Assembly (NCBI GenBank): GCA_051294375.1
Contig: CM119265.1
Location: 6,953,489-7,017,488, forward strand
From: Paraspadella gotoi
Taxonomy: Eukaryota; Animalia; Chaetognatha
Direction: 5' to 3'
DNA: 64,000 nucleotides
Of the stretch, positions 48,367 through 62,812 are shown piece by piece (within the stretch, counting starts at the first letter, position 1; every line of letters begins with the position of its first letter). The notes under the pieces are model-generated. The model did not search any database and was not told the DNA's origin. It worked only from the letters and a program-made list of their open reading frames with translations. Both the position numbers and the translations under genes were made by a program.

Positions 48367-48525
48367 CGTTCAAAAGAACCGACTTATTTCCTCTTGTTGA
48401 CTATTTTTATTTGGTTAATTAAATCGTATTCCCATCGTATTTAGAGTTACATATTTCAAATCGTCTCACACGTGTTTTTTCATAGTTTTTTTTAGTTTTT
48501 AATTTTGAAGCACACAAAATTAAAG

Positions 48526-48922
48526 ATGGTTAATGTTCCCAAAACACGTCGTACCTTCTGTGGCGGTGCTAAGTGCAGAAAACACACTGTGAGTATCCAA
48601 GTCAACAAACTTTTTTTTTTTTAATTCAGCAACAGTCATTAAATAGTTTTTTAACGTTCCTTAGTTGCACAAAGTTACTCAATACAAGAAGGGCAAGGAC
48701 TCCCTCCAGGCGCAAGGAAAACGTCGTTACGACCGCAAACAAAAGGGATACGGAGGTCAGACCAAACCCATCTTCAGGAAGAAGGCGAAGACCACGAAGA
48801 AGATCGTTCTTCGACTCGAATGCACCGACTGCAAGCGGAAGGACCAAGTCACGATCAAGAGATGCAAGCATTTCGAACTTGGCGGCGAGAAGAAGAAGAA
48901 AGGACAGATGCTTCAATTTTAA
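48526..48922 (+). CDS. RPL36A: 60S ribosomal protein eL42; exons 48526-48588 and 48665-48922
   Basis: [12 protein letters not shown]...[10 protein letters not shown]...[26 protein letters not shown]. Confidence 0.98.
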
Positions 48923-49035
48923 GAACGCTCGCTTTGACTTTGTTTGCTCTTTGTGTTTTGGTTGTATTTCACTTTGGCAAGGTTTAGTTATTAAATAAAT
49001 ATATTCGTAATTGAGTAAAGGCTTCCAAACTCAGA

Positions 49036-49051
49036 TTTTCTTTTCTGGCAG
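49036..49051 (+). promoter_or_regulatory. Candidate trans-splice acceptor for the IgSF9-like gene
   Basis: TTTTCTTTTCTGGCAG about 50 nt after the RPL36A AATAAA (~48994) and 73 nt before the ATG. Confidence 0.5.
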
Positions 49052-49124
49052 AATTTGAAAATTTTTATTCTACTCTTTTGATAGCACGAAATTTCGAAAA
49101 CTCATTGATGGAAACGAAGAAGAA

Positions 49125-52100
49125 ATGGGCTTATGGTCCCTGACGGCCCTAGTTGCCTTTGTCGTTGTCTTGCGTGACTGTTTCACTTTTTCCTCACGAC
49201 CCAGTCATTATTTTCAATTTGCGCCCAACCAAACCTCGGAAGAAGGTGGCTCTGTCGTTTTACCGTGTTCCTTAGCCTTCCCCGACGGCCTATGGTAAGT
49301 CAGGAATTTTACCATCTTTGTTCGTTTGAGTCAATGTATGCGAGGTTCTTAATTTTAAAGACCAAATAGAATTATGACTAATCACTATAACGCCGAATAT
49401 ATTTAATTTCATACTTCGATGAAAAATATTCCCATTTCTGCTGAGTGTTTAGATTTTAAAGTTTTGGTCAGTTTACGTATTTATTATATTATGGCAACAG
49501 CCGGGTTGCCTGTGATGCCCATTGGGATGGGGCATCTCACTGTTGGCTTTGGGGGCTTCCGACCCTCAGTGACGCCTCCAGTCACTGGCGCGGTTACCCT
49601 AGGACGGTCTCGCTTTGCCAACGCAGAGGGAAGTCGTGAGGACTGTGGATGGAACACTACGCCTGGGATGGTGTGTTCCCCCTCTGAGCCAATGGATTGG
49701 CTGAAGGATGGTGGACATGAGGCGGTGTGAATATACCGCCACAATATATTTATTATAATGTGTGAGGCTAAATTTTGGAAGCCAATCATTGTATTTGTCT
49801 TTACCCGAAAGGATTCCCTACACTATAACATGGCGAAAACTAAATCTGAAAAACCCGGTCTACATGAGGTTCACCTACTACCCAGAACACATAAACGATC
49901 AATATCTTGGACGAGTGCGAAACATCGCAGACGCCTCAATACAAATATCTCGTCTTCGCCCTTCCGACGAAGGCTGGTACGAGTGCCAAGTCGCTTACAT
50001 GAACCGAGTTCCGACCGACGAGGGCGCTCGGGTAGGCGAAGAACCTAACTCGACGCGCGTTTTCCTCAACGTGGCTTCCCCACCCGCCTTTGAAGACTCC
50101 ACACCCTCCCACGTCCTTTTGTCGCCGGACGAGCCACTTTACCTTTTCTGCAAAGCGAAGTTTAGCCAGGGCGCCGCTCCGCGATTGACCTGGTTCAAGG
50201 ACGGCCGCCTTCTCGATTTTGCGCCTGGAGCTCCCGCTTCCGTTAAACGACCCTTCCGCGTCGACTTAGGTCCACACCACCTGAAGATCCTCCGTCCGTT
50301 GCCTAGCGACGAAGGAGTCTACCGCTGCCGCCTTTCTACCGACGAGGGAGTGGAAGAACGAGAATTTTCCGTGCGTTTGACCGGGGGCGCTGTTATTGTC
50401 GAGGCCCCGCGAAACCAAACTCTATCCAAGGGTGATCATCTTCGACTCTCCTGTCGAGCCGAGGCCGTCCCTAACAACGTCACCTACCGATGGTTCAAAG
50501 ATGGACTTTCCTTTGGCGATCAAGCGCGTTCCGTCAATGTCGAGCCGGGAGTCTTATTTGTTTCTTCAGTAGTCGCCAGCGACTCTGGGTTTTACAGATG
50601 CCTTGCGTCTAACGGTGTCGGGGCGCCAGCTGAAGCCTCGGCCTTTGTCGACGTTACCTACCGTCCGATTGTCAGACACCCTAAGAAGCACGCGCTTCTT
50701 CCCCTCGGTTATGCTGCTTCGCTAATCTGCGAATTGGAAGCCAATCCACCCGTGTTGGAAACGGATTGGTATCACAACGGTCGTCAATTACGATTTGCCG
50801 ATCTCACTATCAAGACGCTGGGTTTAAGACGAACTCGTATCGTCCCGACTGCCACCAATCGGATCACATTTCGCAAAGTCACTCGCTCGGACGCTGGAGA
50901 TTATCGCTGCAACCCACGTAATGCACTGGGCTACGGCGAGCGATCAGGAGTCATTCGCGTCGACGTCCGTGACCCCCCTCGGTTCACCGTCGTGCCCAAG
51001 CCTTACTACCAGGCGATGGTTGGGCGCAGCGTTCAGATGGGCTGCACGGCAGCAGGAGATCCTCAGCCGGTCATCCGCTGGGCCAAAATGACCGGAAATC
51101 GCCTCATGCCCCACTCGCGTATCGCCCTCTCTCCCATGGGCAACCTTACCATTCACGGATTGCAAATTAGCGACGCGGCTCGTTACAAGTGCACCTGCGC
51201 GAGTCCTGTGCTGACTCTGTCGAAGTGGACGGTCGTGTATGTAGAGACATTGCCCTACCGACCGGCCGCTAATCTCAGTTGCGAGATGGGCTACTTTGCG
51301 GCGCGACTCAATTGGGCCCCCGCATTTCACATTTCTCTGCCTTTGCACTACGTCGTCGTCGTGAAGCGCCTCAGCAGCGTCGAGTCCCGCATCTTCACCG
51401 TCCGCGTCAGACCCAACAACGCCACCACCTTTAAGATTAACAACCTCCTCCCCGACACTTCGTACGAGATTCAGATCAAGTCCCAGGCTCCGGATGGTCT
51501 TGGAAACTTGAGCAAACCTTTGCACGTTCGCACGCTCACTCTGTCGGTGACGCCGAAAACAGTAACTCCATTGAACGATCCAAACGCCACGCTCCTGTCG
51601 TACTCTTCAGTGAACGATCAAGGTTTTCGTCCCGACGAATCTTCCGTAGCAAATGCTCAACCAATCGCTTCAACATTCGGTGCTACTTATCCTTTGGACG
51701 AAGCGGAGCCCCGACCTCATGACATGTGGATCCCGAAGGGTCTCGCCCCGGCTCCGCCCACAGACCTCTGCGTCACCATGCGCGATTTTGCTGAGGAATT
51801 CGCCCTCGTCAACGTATCTTGGTCGGCGCCGTCGTCGACGCCAGTTCCCGTTCTCTATTTTCTCGTACAGTTTAAAGATCTCTCGAGAGTGGGACGTTCC
51901 TCCTGGGAATCGGTAGGTGACCGCGTCGCCGCTCTCGGCCATTCTAACGTCGTCGACATCGCCGGCGTCACTGTGGGCCCGCTGACTCCCGGCCGCAAAT
52001 ACGCCTTTCGCGTATTTTCTTTTTCACGGCAGGCTTTCAGCGAATCATCCTCCATCGCCATCTTTGACATACCCGAGCCGTTGGTGGAAACGCCACCGCT

Positions 52101-52329
52101 TTCGCTCAGCCTGCCGGTTCTGGCTGGGGTTTCTGGTGGCATCCTCTTTTTGGTCGTTACCGCTGCGTGCGCTTTCTTGGCGCGCCAATTATGCGCCAGC
52201 GATTCGGGGTCGGATGAAAGAAGCACCGCGATGCGACGGAGTTCAAAGGAAAAGGGTAACGAGAAGGAAGAGAGCGTTTTGTTGTCTGATATTGGGACAA
52301 AGCATCCATCGTCGTCGGCTGATTATTAA
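49125..52329 (+). CDS. IgSF9/Turtle-like adhesion receptor (signal peptide, 5 Ig, 2 FN3, TM, short tail); exons 49125-49294 and 49812-52329
   Basis: Exon 1 encodes a signal peptide and the start of Ig1 (GGSVVLPC); five C...W...YxC Ig domains, two FN3 domains, TM LAGVSGGILFLVVTAACAFLA; YPEHI...Y.GRV in Ig1 resembles Turtle. Confidence 0.8.
49490..49743 (-). mobile_element. 254-bp relative of the 35131 element, in the IgSF9 intron
   Basis: Same ends TATGGCAAC...GCCACA; TSD ATAT/ATAT; shared hairpins; minus-strand A-box-like TGGCTCAGAGG but no clear B box. Confidence 0.75.
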
Positions 52330-53424
52330 AGTTTTTTTTTTCCTTTTTTTGAAGGAGCATCGTTATTTATCAAAGTGTCGAGGCACTACAGTATTTATCC
52401 ATTATTCTCTGAACGTTTTACTAATGTTTAAATCGCTACTCTTTGAGGTAACAAGTGTCGTTATTTATATTCCCTCTATTATTGTTATCGTTTTGCCCCC
52501 AGATTTTTTCTGTGGATTAAAAATAGTGAAAAAAACAATGACGCTTCATTGTCACCAAAATCCATTCGCATGGGTTATAAAACTGCACAAATTATCGTTG
52601 GCATCACTGATCTCACGTCACTTTATCCTAATATTATTTGATATTATATAACATGGTTTTATATGGTCATTAGTCAACTATGGCTTATATAATATTTATG
52701 CTTGTATCAATACGCATTACGCAGTCACCTGTTTTCTTCCAGTTTAATTTATTGAGCTGATTAATCAAAAATTTTGCCTAAGTTTTTAAATTCCCGAAAA
52801 TTTTTAATCTACAAATAGTCGAGAAATGATTGTGGTGACTTTGTCTTTAGCAAAACTGCCATCTTTCGGTTGTAATTCGATTAATTTTTTCATATCGTGG
52901 TTTGTGAGATAAACGTTGACTTCTTTTTATAATATTTCTAATGTTGATTTTCTTTTCTCAATAAATACGTTATCTAATTTGTTATTTGTTCAGAGAGCAT
53001 TGGTTGAGTCTAATACTCAAAATCCCTAATTCCATTGTTAGGGATTAAGTATTATGCAACCAATTGAAAGGAACCGTTGTGATTATTAAATAATAAATAT
53101 TCTTGTAAAAATTATTTTTCATTTAAAAAAATATAGTTTCTGCTATTTAATTTTTTTAAATTTTGAAACCGAGAAATTAACTTTTAGGAGCTTATTTGCT
53201 CTGTTCCTCATATTAATTAGTACGTGGATTACTTTATATTTTTTTTATAATAAAAAAGTTTTATTATTGACTTTACCTTTTTTCATAATTTATTTTTTTG
53301 TTATTGGTTCATTATTATGTTACGTAAATTCGTTTAAGATTTAAATTATGATTTAACCTACTGAACTAAAGGCCTGGGGAAGGCCTTTGAATGATTTAAA
53401 CGTTGCCTGTCTATAACTTCCAAG

Positions 53425-56400
53425 ATGGCTACGACGGGTGTGCTCCCGTTTGTAAGGGGCGTGGATTTCTCGAAAAACGATTTTCAAGATGAAAACTTTC
53501 CAGAAAGAATCTGTAGTTTAACAGGTAAAAACCTTATGACTTATTATTTATTATTTATTATTTATAAATTGTTTAAAGGTCGTAGAGAATTTAAATAAAG
53601 TGAGCTTGATTATATTTAGGTTTGAGATGGTTACGGATGAACAATGTCGGTTTGGAAAGTATACCTTCTCAAATAACACAATTGGAAAAGCTTGAACATT
53701 TGTCCGTAAACAACAATAAACTTCACGCCATACCGAGTAGAATAACGACTCTCCCTAATTTGAGGGTTTTGAGGCAAGTCATTTTTAAAAATGCAATTAC
53801 CTTGTACCAATATATAATTATCGGACAATTTTCATACTTCATAACCTTTAGGGCTCGGAACAATAATCTTACGAATTATGGAGTTCCTATCGGTTTGTTC
53901 GATTTGGAAGACTTATCTACAGTTGATCTGAGTTACAATAATTTAAAGGAGTGTCCGCCGGAGTTAGAAAATGCGAAAACCCTGTTGGTTCTTAACCTTT
54001 CGCATAACGAGATAGAAGTGATCCCGAATCAGGTATTCTAATAACAAATTTTATTTTCATTTTCGATTTTAAAAAAAATCTAAAACTTTTTGTTTTCACG
54101 ATGGTTTGGATAAGATTGGCTGTTAGATTGGCCACAGACACAGCACTGATTTTGCAATCTCGTAATATTTCAAGTGCTGTTCGGTATTCACCACAGCTAT
54201 TTGCCGTAAACAGGTTTTCATCAATCTTACCGATCTGATGATTCTCGACTTGAGTGACAATAAGCTGGAAACGCTGCCTCCACAAATGAGAAGATTGACG
54301 AACCTTCAAACCCTCGTCCTTAACAATAATCCAATGCTTCACGCTCAACTGCGTCAGCTTCCATCTTTAGTCGCGTTACAGTGCCTTCATATGCGAAACA
54401 CTCAACGCACTCTATCCAATATGCCCGCCGGTGAGTGAGTTTTTGGCGTTTATGACGTGATAGCGTGAGCGGTACCAGACTTACCTTTTTAAAACATATC
54501 TCAGGAAAGTCTTTAGTTTCGATGCTTGACGGTAAGATTCGGTATTATGAATTGGGTTGGCGCGCCTTTGGCGTGGTCTCTTGTACGCCTAAAATAAGCA
54601 TGGCCATTGAATTGACGTAGCCTAATGTTTGGCGATTTCTTCACTTAGGTATAGCTTCGTCGATTTGGTAATTTTTTTGGCAATTATTTTGCTGTGGTTT
54701 TGCACATAAGTGTCGTTGTTGTCGTCCGCCTTCCAATTTATAGATCGCCTTTTTGATGATTAAATTTGGGTGTATGATGCTGAAAATTTATATACAGCTT
54801 CTCATCATCGAGGTCCTTGAAATTGGGTGAGGACAGTTATTAAATATGTTTTGTTTACTTTTTATCAAAACAAACAAATTTCCTTTATTTTTATGTCTCC
54901 TTCTCTCTCTCTTTTTAATTATATGAAAAACCTCAAGTCAAAGAGGTCTGGAATGAGCCAGTTTTGAGCCGTCTAGCAATCCGTCTGCCTGTCCAGAGAA
55001 CTTCCTCAATGTCATCCCTTCTCCTGCCCTTGGCTTGCGCCTACCTCCCAAATCTTTCATCATGGCTGTCAAATACCGTTTGGGGCTTCCCATCTTTCCA
55101 GCTCCTGGTCCCTGCTTATCCTGTGACAGACCTTCCGACATCTATGGAGACCACGCCATTTCAGCTTGTCCTCGACTGGAGACAAAATTCGCCGTCATAA
55201 CCTCCTTCGGGATGCCATTGTCTCGACTGCTTCAGCACCCTACTTGCGCCCACCAAAGAAGAAAGGAACCTGGCGGATGATGCCTCTAGACCTGGGGATT
55301 CACAATCCGTGGTTGGAAAAGATGTCGGAACAAGACCACCACCGCCTTTGATGTTACTGTCACCTCTCCCCTTCCCAGGACTGTTTTGGTCATACCATCC
55401 TCAACCCCACCATGCCCTGGAACGAGCTCGCCAGGCCAAACATGCAAGTACGAAGGCAAACTGGCGTCCCGATGTGGCTTCATCCCTCTGGTTGTTACTA
55501 CCTTGGGGCATGGGACCTGGATGCTTTCTCAAACTTAAAAGATTTCGCCAAACTCCAAGCAACGAATGCGGGCTTAGATATCAGCACTTTTTGAGAGACT
55601 TTGTCTGCCTTCAGCGCGAGAACGGGACCTGCTCGCTTCCCGAAGTCCCGTGATTGAGTTGCCGTCTCATGTGGACGGAGTTGCTTGACTTTGTCTCGAT
55701 CTCTTCTTCTTTTTCATTTTTTATCTTCCCCTTATTTGTTCTTGTTTATTGTTGACATAAGATATTTTTGCAACCATTCCCGCAATTATTTGTTTGCTCT
55801 GTTTCTTTCAGGAAAAAAAAAAAAAAAAATTATATGTAGCTCTCTCTCTCTTTTCCCCAGTCGCAAAAAAAATGAGTCTGCAGCTGCTTCTGCTGATTTC
55901 TCTTTTTCTCTCTTTTCTCCTGCTGCTTCTGCCTTTTGATTTCTTTTTTTTTTTCTGACTGCCTCTGCTTCTGCCGCAGCTGATTCGTCCGAAAACGATT
56001 TGGCTTCTCTCTCTTTCTCTCTCTCTTTTTTTATCGCAAAGCGATTGCGACGATCTTGTAACGCTTTTGAGCACAAGTTGCGTAGTCGTCGTCGTTCCAA
56101 CTTATCGATCGCCTTTTTGATGATTAAATTTGGGTGTATAATGCTGAAAATTTATATACAGCTTCTCATCATCGATGTCCTTGAAATTGGGCGAGGACAG
56201 TTATTAAATGTTTTGTTTACGTTTTATCAAAACAAACAAATTTCCTCTATTATTTTTATGTCTCCTTCTCTCTCTCTCTTTTCTCTTTTAATTATATATA
56301 GCTGATTCATCGGGAAAAAAAACGAGTCTGCAGCTGGCTCTGCAGGGGCTTTCTTTCTTTTTCTCTCTTTTCTCCTGCTGCTTCTGCCGCTGCTGATTCG

Positions 56401-59400
56401 TCCGAAAACGATTTGGCTTCTCTCTTTTTCTCTCTGCGTTTTTTTTTTTTTAATTGAATTAGGATTGAACTCGTGAAATTAGGCATAGCATTCGTGCATG
56501 TTATCATTTTGTTCTCGCAACATCGGGTTTTTATTTCATTCTTTCTTCTCGTCACTCTTTATTTTTTTTTTTCTTTCTTTCCTCTCTATTCTTTCTTTCC
56601 TTTTTATTCTTTCTTTCCTTTCTATTTTTTCTTTACTTTCTATTTTTTCTTTCCTTTCTATTCTTTCTTTCCTTTTTATTCTTTCTTTATATTTATTCTT
56701 TTCTTTTTTTTCTTTCTGTTTATAATTTTTTTTTTTCAAATTTGATTTTGTTAGTATCAAAATTTGTCGTCAATCCAGATTTTTCTTATGCGATTGCGAC
56801 GATCCTTATGCTTTTAAGATTTTTTTTTCTCAGGGGCTTCGTCTGCTGATCAGTTTATTTGACAATGAAAGAGTTTTTTTTCTTTTTCAGAAACTGTAAC
56901 ATTAATTTTACTCTGTACTTTAATTTATAAACAGAAAGAAAAATTCTATTTTGCGATTGTCAATTAAAAAAAAAAAAATTTCTTTTCTAAAATTTGATAT
57001 TTTTTTTTGTGTCAAAATTTGTCGTCAATCCAGAATTTTCTTATGCGATTGCGACGATCCTTTTTTTCACCCCAAGGTGTGGAATCGTTGACAAATCTCT
57101 GCGATGTGGATATCTCGCAGAACGAATTGCCAGGCGTTCCAGAGGCCTTGTACAAGTTGGAGGCCTTGAAGAGGCTTAATCTTTCCGACAACTGCATTCG
57201 GGAACTTTCTAACGGAGGTGTAGAGTTTTGGGCTAAATTGGAATCTCTTAATCTTTCCCGGAACCAATTGAAAGTGCTTCCACAGGCGAGTCCTACTAAT
57301 AGTAATACTATAATAATCGTAATACGTAAAGTGCCTTTTAGCGTGTAAAAGATATATTTTTTCTTTCGCAGAATCTGACCAAGTGTCAATTTTTAAAACG
57401 GCTCTACGTAAACTGCAACCAACTCACCTTTGGAGGCATTCCAGCCGGCATTGGCAAACTTTATGATTTGGAGGTCTTTGAAGCCGCTTCAAACAATCTT
57501 GAAATGATTCCGGAAGGGCTCTGCAGATGCGGGAAATTACGAAGGTGGATGAATGTTTTTATTTAGATCAATTAAAAAAAGAAATTTTATTCTCATTATT
57601 TTCATTATCATCCCGCATCCCATTATGAAGGCTCGTTCTTAACAACAATCGACTCTATACTCTGCCGGAAACTATTCATTACCTGACGGAATTGGAAACA
57701 CTCCAACTCGATGATAACCCTGACATGGCGATGCCGGCAAAACCGCCCGAGCTCAACCCCAAAGTTGATGAATTTTACAACATCGACTTTACACGTAAGG
57801 GAATATTTTATTTTGTATTTAAAATATGTATTTATTAAAAAAAATCGATCACAAAATTCTTATCAAATAACTTACTCTAAAGAGTGATTTCTATAAATTT
57901 GGGTCGCGACGGTCGGATATGTTATATAGATGAAATTTGTAAAACCAATGAAGGTCCAATATATCATATATCATTTATTAAAATATCATATACTCTCATT
58001 GTCATTTACGTTTGGCACCACTTTAATGAACTAAACCTTGTCGTCAGTGGAGCGTCAGCTTCGTGACGGGACAGCTAAATCCTGGGGCGTTGCCGGCGCG
58101 GCTGCGGCTCCCTCCTCCGCCTCGGATTCGACCGGAAAACCTTCCAAGGAGGAGCGCGACCCGCTGGCTAGAAAGAAACGCCTTCAGCGATACGGCAGAA
58201 AAGAGAGCCACGACTCGGAATCGGAAAAATCAGATCTCGTGGAATCGTCCAAGAAAGTTCTCCGGGGAATGAAAGATATGGCCAAAGTAAGGAGCATCCG
58301 TTGTTTTTTTTCATATGAAAGAGTCAAACAATTATTTTCATATTAGAAGTGCCTCTTTATGTTCGTTTGCGCACGTTTGATAGTTTTGTTTGTTTTTTTC
58401 GTCGGAACCCAAGTTGGTGGTTCTCAAGCGGAGAGTTACCAAAGCTTTTCAGAAGAATAATGGACGGTTTCAATTGCAAACCGACTATCGTAGAGTATGT
58501 ATTTGTAAAATTTTTACGTATCTAATTCGAGGTTTTTTCTCCGATTTTTGATATTTTCTAGAAGCTACAAGCATGCGCCTTTTTAATTTAATTGTTATTC
58601 GATTTATACTCTACAGTCAAAAGTTTTTTGAACGCCTTTTAACCTAAGCTTCTCTTTAGTACGTTTGTTAGAATCCTTGCTAATAAGATATTTACTGCAA
58701 AGTGCTTACGATATCAAAAAGTTGTAATTTAACTAAAACTGTTTTAAAAAAATATGGTAAACCAGAATTTTGGATGAGGAAATGATTAGATTTCTTCGAG
58801 TAAAAATTATAAGAATAAGCTATGAAAATTAAAATAAAATCACGTCAAATCGTCTGAAATGAAATTAATTTTAATTGATTAATTCTTCTAAAAGTTCATG
58901 AAATTATTTTAAATATCCTGAAAGATTTTTAAAGTACTTAATTATTAAGTTAATATTAAGAATTTAGTTTTTGTTGGCTTCTTAATGTTTATAAGAAATG
59001 ATGTATATATTATATGTACTATATATATGTATATTGTCTTGATTATTTTAAGTTTATATTGATTATTTTAATTCTTTGAAATTAATTTTTTTGTAATTAA
59101 ATCACGATCATTACGATATGATTTACTTTCGTTAGATCTCATTCACCAATCACCAACTTCCTTTATGGAATAGCCGAGTGATTAATCCGTCTTTCCTACT
59201 TTCAGGCATAGGAAATAATGGATTGACACAAAATTTAACTTATCATTCGAATTTAGTTTTTCTTTCTGCCATTATTGCAACGGTTTGTTGCCTACGAGAC
59301 ATGGCAAGGTCGGTTTGCATGCCCTCGGTAACTGCGTCCCCGAAAGCTTTTAGAAAGGCGTTACGTCTTTTCAAGGACGTTCGATTCAAAGTTTAAATTT

Positions 59401-62400
59401 CGTGTCAATATTTATGTATTCTGATTCAGATTCTGAATCGTAGATTCACGCTTTATAAAACCTTAGTCTTTGCTATCTTTCCTTCCTATTTTTTCCTTCT
59501 TACTAGAGTTCACGGGGTTTCTAGTTCTTCCTGACTTTCATATTGTTCTCGAAGATAATTGCCTCCTTTTCGGTGGTTCAGGTTGACAAAACTCAGCTGG
59601 CGACAGACTGGAGCAAAGAGGGCGAGAAGCGGCCCAAGGCGTGGCAAGATCAACTGCAGGGCCCTCGCCTTTCATATCGCGACCTCTTTGATCCCGAAGT
59701 CGGGCAAATTCCCGGTCTCGAGGTTTGGGAGATCGAGAACTTCCTTCCGAACCCTCTCGACGAATATGCATTCGGGAAGGTAAAAAGACATTGAAGAGAC
59801 TACTTGGGACAAATAGGATGATACATTTATACAGATTACAGAAGGCTTCATATCAGTAAATGCTCTTTCCCTTTTTCGAACCGAGAACCAAATTTGATGT
59901 GATTTTGCGTACAAATGGGACTATCGAGGCGATATTCAATATTTTTCCCCTGAGCTGTTACAGGGCCATCACTGTCGGTCTAGTAGTTTGATCGGAACCG
60001 ATCCTCGATTAAAAAAAAACTAAAGAGCATTTTCTAATATGATGCCTTCCGTATAGATCCGTTTTGATTCAACTAAGAATGAGATTGAGTTCATCAATCT
60101 CATTTGCATATTGTCGTATTGACATTGACTTGTCATAAATTCTACTCGTGTCATTTCATGTTCTCATTACACGAATTTACTTTTGTCATTAGTATATTTA
60201 GGACCAATAAGCTCTCTTACATATCCTGAGTAAGTTATAATGCCAATAGTTTTAAAGAAGTTATGTTTTTAGTTTTTCAACGGCGATTGTTACATCGTTC
60301 TTAATACGACGCTTAATGAGGACCATGGCAACCTCAACTGGGCCATTTATTTTTGGATCGGAGAAACAGCGACTCTTGACAAAAAAGCCTGCGCCGCTAT
60401 GCACGCCGTCAACCTTCGTAATTTCCTCGGTGTGACTCCCATTTTATTTTTGAACCTGAATCTCGGTTTGTAAACCGGTTTTTATCTGAAGATTCAACTT
60501 CAATTTGATTTTATTTTTCAGGAGCTCGATGCCGAACAATAAGAGAAGAGCAAGGGGATGAGAGCGACGAGTTTTTGGTGCTCTTTGATTTTAAGTGAGT
60601 TGTGGCGAAATATTAAATTCGCTTTACTTGTCCATGCATTTCGGCCCTGCTCAGCCTGCGCTCATTATGCAATGGCATGAAATATTCTAAAATTACGTCG
60701 CTCTTAGAAGTTAAGGAATATTTTTTCAACGAATCTGACTACCAAACTTTTTTCGATTCCGATAGTGTTGCATCTGAAGAGCTGAAGAGCTTGCATTTTT
60801 TCTCTTGTCAAATCAGCATCATTTTGATAACAAACAAGCCTGAACAAATAGAGACAGAAAAATTTTACATCTCTGATTTTATATAGAAATGAAAGAGTTT
60901 TTTCCCCTTTAAAAAATGTGATTGAGGTATGTTCCGGTTCTACAAATGACGTCAAATTCAGGAATCCTCTGGCTAAGTGTTTACATTTTATTTAGTTATT
61001 TTAATATGATACGATTATGGTAAAGTGAATTAGTGAAATTTTGTGAAATTTTTATTTACATTAAAAGTAAGCTCACAATCGGAATTTTAACCGGGAGTCA
61101 GATTCGGGAATAATCTTTTATGGCGAATATCTTCCATCAAAGTGGTGGATTTTCCGAAGATTTTGGTTAATATTTTCTATATCCATGGTTGGATTTACTT
61201 GAAACTTAATATTAACAATATTGCCATCATTCTACATTGGCTAGTATAAGAATATATTAAAAAAATCTCTGGCTTTTTTCGTCAGAGTTTAGTCCTAACT
61301 AAAAACAGTCATTCCGGGTTTGGAGGCGATATCCTAAATTCTCCTTCCATGTAGCATTTTCCTATTCTTGCCTTGACAGCTAAACAGCCGTTTAGCCGTT
61401 CAATCCGCTCACCTTCGCGTTGGTTAACATGTCTTGGTGATAGCCGAGGCGACCCTACGCCACCTACGGACGAGTTGTTAGCTATGGCCGAAGCAAAGCT
61501 GGGGAGTGACAAGCACATTCAGGACCTATTCATCAAGAGGACTAGAGGAGTAGAGGGGTCTTAGCAGACATTTGGTGACATCAGTAGGCCGATGCACCAC
61601 TGTAACTCTCGCGGTTTCTGAGTATAAGAAGCATTGGACAAGTTTCGGTCGCCAATGTCATGTACTGGGTGATAAGCCAGGGTCACCCGGAAATACCATC
61701 AGGGAATATCAAAGCCTCCGATGTACATGTAAAATGCAACCAAGCAAATGTAGTTACAAAAACCAAAGAGCAACAGGAAATAAAACTTTAAAGCATAATG
61801 ATAAGTAAGTAAAAGTAAGAAATCCAAATATAAATATCTATGAAAAAGTCTGTAAATATGAGTTCGTGATTCGCAGATGAACGTAGGCAGACGATCCTGA
61901 AAGAGAGAATGCATTGTAACCGTAACAGTATAAACATAACAGAGACATGGTATGGTCACTGAGAGTGATAAGAAAAACTTTTTTTACATAATCGATCTAA
62001 GATAATTTATTAATAATCTCATTTATAAATCGCACCTAAAATAAAACTAGCTTTAGCATTTATGTGATGATGGAATAACAAAAAAATAATTGTACGAAAG
62101 AGCCCTTTTTTATATTTACTTAGATATTATAATAAAAGTTTGAGTCAAGCCCGTTTGTTTTTTCAACCCCAGCTTGACGTATATAGACGGTGGACGAACT
62201 CCCTCCGGGTTTTACGCCGTCGAAGAAAAAGAGTACATAACGCGGTTTTATCGCGTCTCCGGTTCCATCAAGGTCGAACTCACTGCGTTGCCGCAGGATT
62301 GGAGATATCTTGATTCGAGGAACGTTTACATTTTAGACTCTGGTAAGATTTCTGCTGGAGGAAACTTCTTGCCTTTTTGTTTCATGTTTTTTTTTATTGT

Positions 62401-62754
62401 CTTGTCTTCCGGAAAAAAGGTGACGTAGTACAGTCGGAGTGGGAGTGAGTAATGAGAAGAAACTTCGACCATCGACATTCCAATTTCATGGCGTTCTTGT
62501 GTTTTTAGGTCTAGCGATTTTTATCTGGAACGGCGACGACGCCAAGGGCGTGACAAAAGCGAAGGCACGTCTCATGGGAGAGAAGATCAATAAGTTCGAG
62601 CGAAAGGGCGATGCGAGTCTTTACACCATCACTCAGGGAAATGAGCCCGACGAGTTTTGGGAGTTTCTCGGTGGTCAACCTGAGGAAGAAATCGGGCAAG
62701 GCGCCGTTATACCGGACCCGTACCCGCCGAGACTGTACCAGGTTCGAATCTTTT

Positions 62755-62812
<58 letters not shown>

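Noticed and set aside
54600-54681. Possible SL RNA (AG-GTATAG followed by AATTTTTTTGG, Sm-like)
   Set aside because: No convincing stem-loops, no match to SL sequences I recall, and such motifs are common in T-rich introns.
55685-56760. Phe/Leu-rich or Lys/Arg/Glu-rich ORFs (also at 2052, 5940, 35206)
   Set aside because: Translations of CT-rich low-complexity repeat sequence.
62757-62809. Very long poly(T) runs (also near 9465 and 46650)
   Set aside because: Simple homopolymers, retro-tail relics or assembly slippage; no further structure.
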